DNA of 64,000 bases from an uncultured Bacillales bacterium (lineage in GTDB: Bacteria > Bacillota_I > Bacilli_A > RFN20 > CAG-288). The position numbers and the translations under genes were made by a program. This document shows, piece by piece, positions 63,638-64,000 of the stretch. Each line of letters opens with the position of its first letter. The stretch's first letter is position 1. Below the pieces are notes generated by a model. It did no database searches, was not told the origin of the DNA, and saw only the letters and a program-made list of their open reading frames with translations. The stretch covers positions 8,992 to 72,991 of the forward strand of contig CALNAX010000016.1 in assembly GCA_937874465.1 (NCBI GenBank), given 5' to 3'.

Positions 63638-64000
63638 TCAGCTTTTATGGAAGCGATACATCAATATTCCAGCGGCGATTGCGACATTCAGAGAGTCGAT
63701 GCCCGACATTTCGATCCTCAAGTTCGGGCCCAGTTTCAGATTTTCCTCAGAAACACCCCTTCCCTCGTTACCGAAAACCAACGCGAAGGGCTTTTTCAAT
63801 TCCGAGTACTTACTCTCGTCCGCACCTTTAAGGGAAGTCAGGTAGATATTGTAACCTTTATCCTTTAAGTAACTTAACTTGGCTTGACCTATCGGAATCT
63901 TAAAAATTGCGCCCTTGGAAGCCTGAATGGTCTTCGAGTTGAACGGAGAGGCGGAATCTATCGAGAGAAATACTGATGAATATTGAAAGGATAGGGCGGT
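63638..64000 (-). CDS. TrmH/SpoU-family RNA 2'-O-methyltransferase, C-terminal part (5-prime end beyond the right window edge; absent from the ORF track)
   Basis: Own minus-strand translation: ..SPFNSKTIQASKGAIFKIPIGQAKL..KPFALVFGNEGRGVSEENLKLGPNLRIEMSGIDSLNVAIAAGILMYRFHKS, stop at 63638. These are the typical SpoU motifs. Confidence 0.8.
   Translation of the reverse strand, partial: TALSFQYSSVFLSIDSASPFNSKTIQASKGAIFKIPIGQAKLSYLKDKGYNIYLTSLKGADESKYSELKKPFALVFGNEGRGVSEENLKLGPNLRIEMSGIDSLNVAIAAGILMYRFHKS

Noticed and set aside
1-64000. Alternative genetic code (TGA = Trp, as in many Mollicutes).
   Set aside because: Many conserved genes end at TGA exactly where homologues end (tetR, rpsU, proS, nusA, ATGA-coupled pairs). 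Trp in conserved motifs is encoded by TGG. No long conserved gene needs TGA read-through.
1-64000. Searched for CRISPR arrays, IS elements, integrases, prophage or defence-system genes, and rRNA.
   Set aside because: I saw no regularly spaced direct repeats, no transposase/integrase/recombinase-like ORFs, no nuclease-helicase-type accessory clusters and no rRNA signatures.

Overview
Dense, mostly housekeeping chromosomal segment with about 55 protein genes and 3 tRNAs. I saw no rRNA, CRISPR array, transposase, integrase or prophage genes. Gene content and order point to a compact Gram-positive-type (Bacillota) genome, possibly Erysipelotrichia/Mollicutes-related; that lineage call is inference. 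The supporting signs are RNase HIII, MutS2, rimP-nusA-infB-rbfA, alaS-ruvX-DUF1292, ileS-lspA-rluD, an archaeal-type ProRS and no T-box leaders. The standard code applies, since TGA is used as a stop. By eye GC is roughly 50% (not computed), and many long antisense shadow ORFs appear in the track. Main blocks, left to right: two tandem ABC ATPase genes with a divergent TetR regulator; tRNA-Asn; a membrane-anchored degenerate GGDEF/EAL-like protein; proS, an M24B aminopeptidase, trmL, tkt, an orphan ORF and rpsU; a HAD hydrolase, aldehyde dehydrogenase and phosphoglucomutase; a three-gene membrane cassette of unknown function; a pseudouridine synthase, tRNA-Ser, rarA, dtd and mnmA; an M6-like metalloprotease lipoprotein and a kinase-fold protein lacking catalytic residues; a heterodimeric ABC exporter; cysS, mgtC, truB and ribF, converging on rbfA-infB-nusA-rimP; a second ABC exporter pair; DUF1292-ruvX-alaS; an aldo-keto reductase; a CopB-type ATPase with a Met-Asp-Met repeat N-terminus; an orphan ORF and a surface protein with Ig-like repeats; tRNA-Pro; a disrupted yccF-like gene; an SPC-type (P1B-4) metal ATPase behind a long structured leader; uvrC, mutS2, rnhC; rluD-lspA-ileS; and a partial TrmH-family methyltransferase. 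Most interesting to me are five things: the riboswitch-like (possibly NiCo/czcD-class) leader with an anti-SD element upstream of the SPC-type ATPase; the uncharacterised three-gene membrane cassette with its own promoter; terminator-like hairpins flanking rimP-nusA together with a 225-aa low-complexity NusA tail; the degenerate GGDEF/EAL protein; and an unassigned structured intergenic region beside tRNA-Asn. I found no clear-cut novel multi-gene system such as a defence island. Two partial genes at the window edges are absent from the ORF track and were found by manual translation. Coordinates of small hand-read features (tRNAs, promoters, hairpins) may be off by 1-2 nt.
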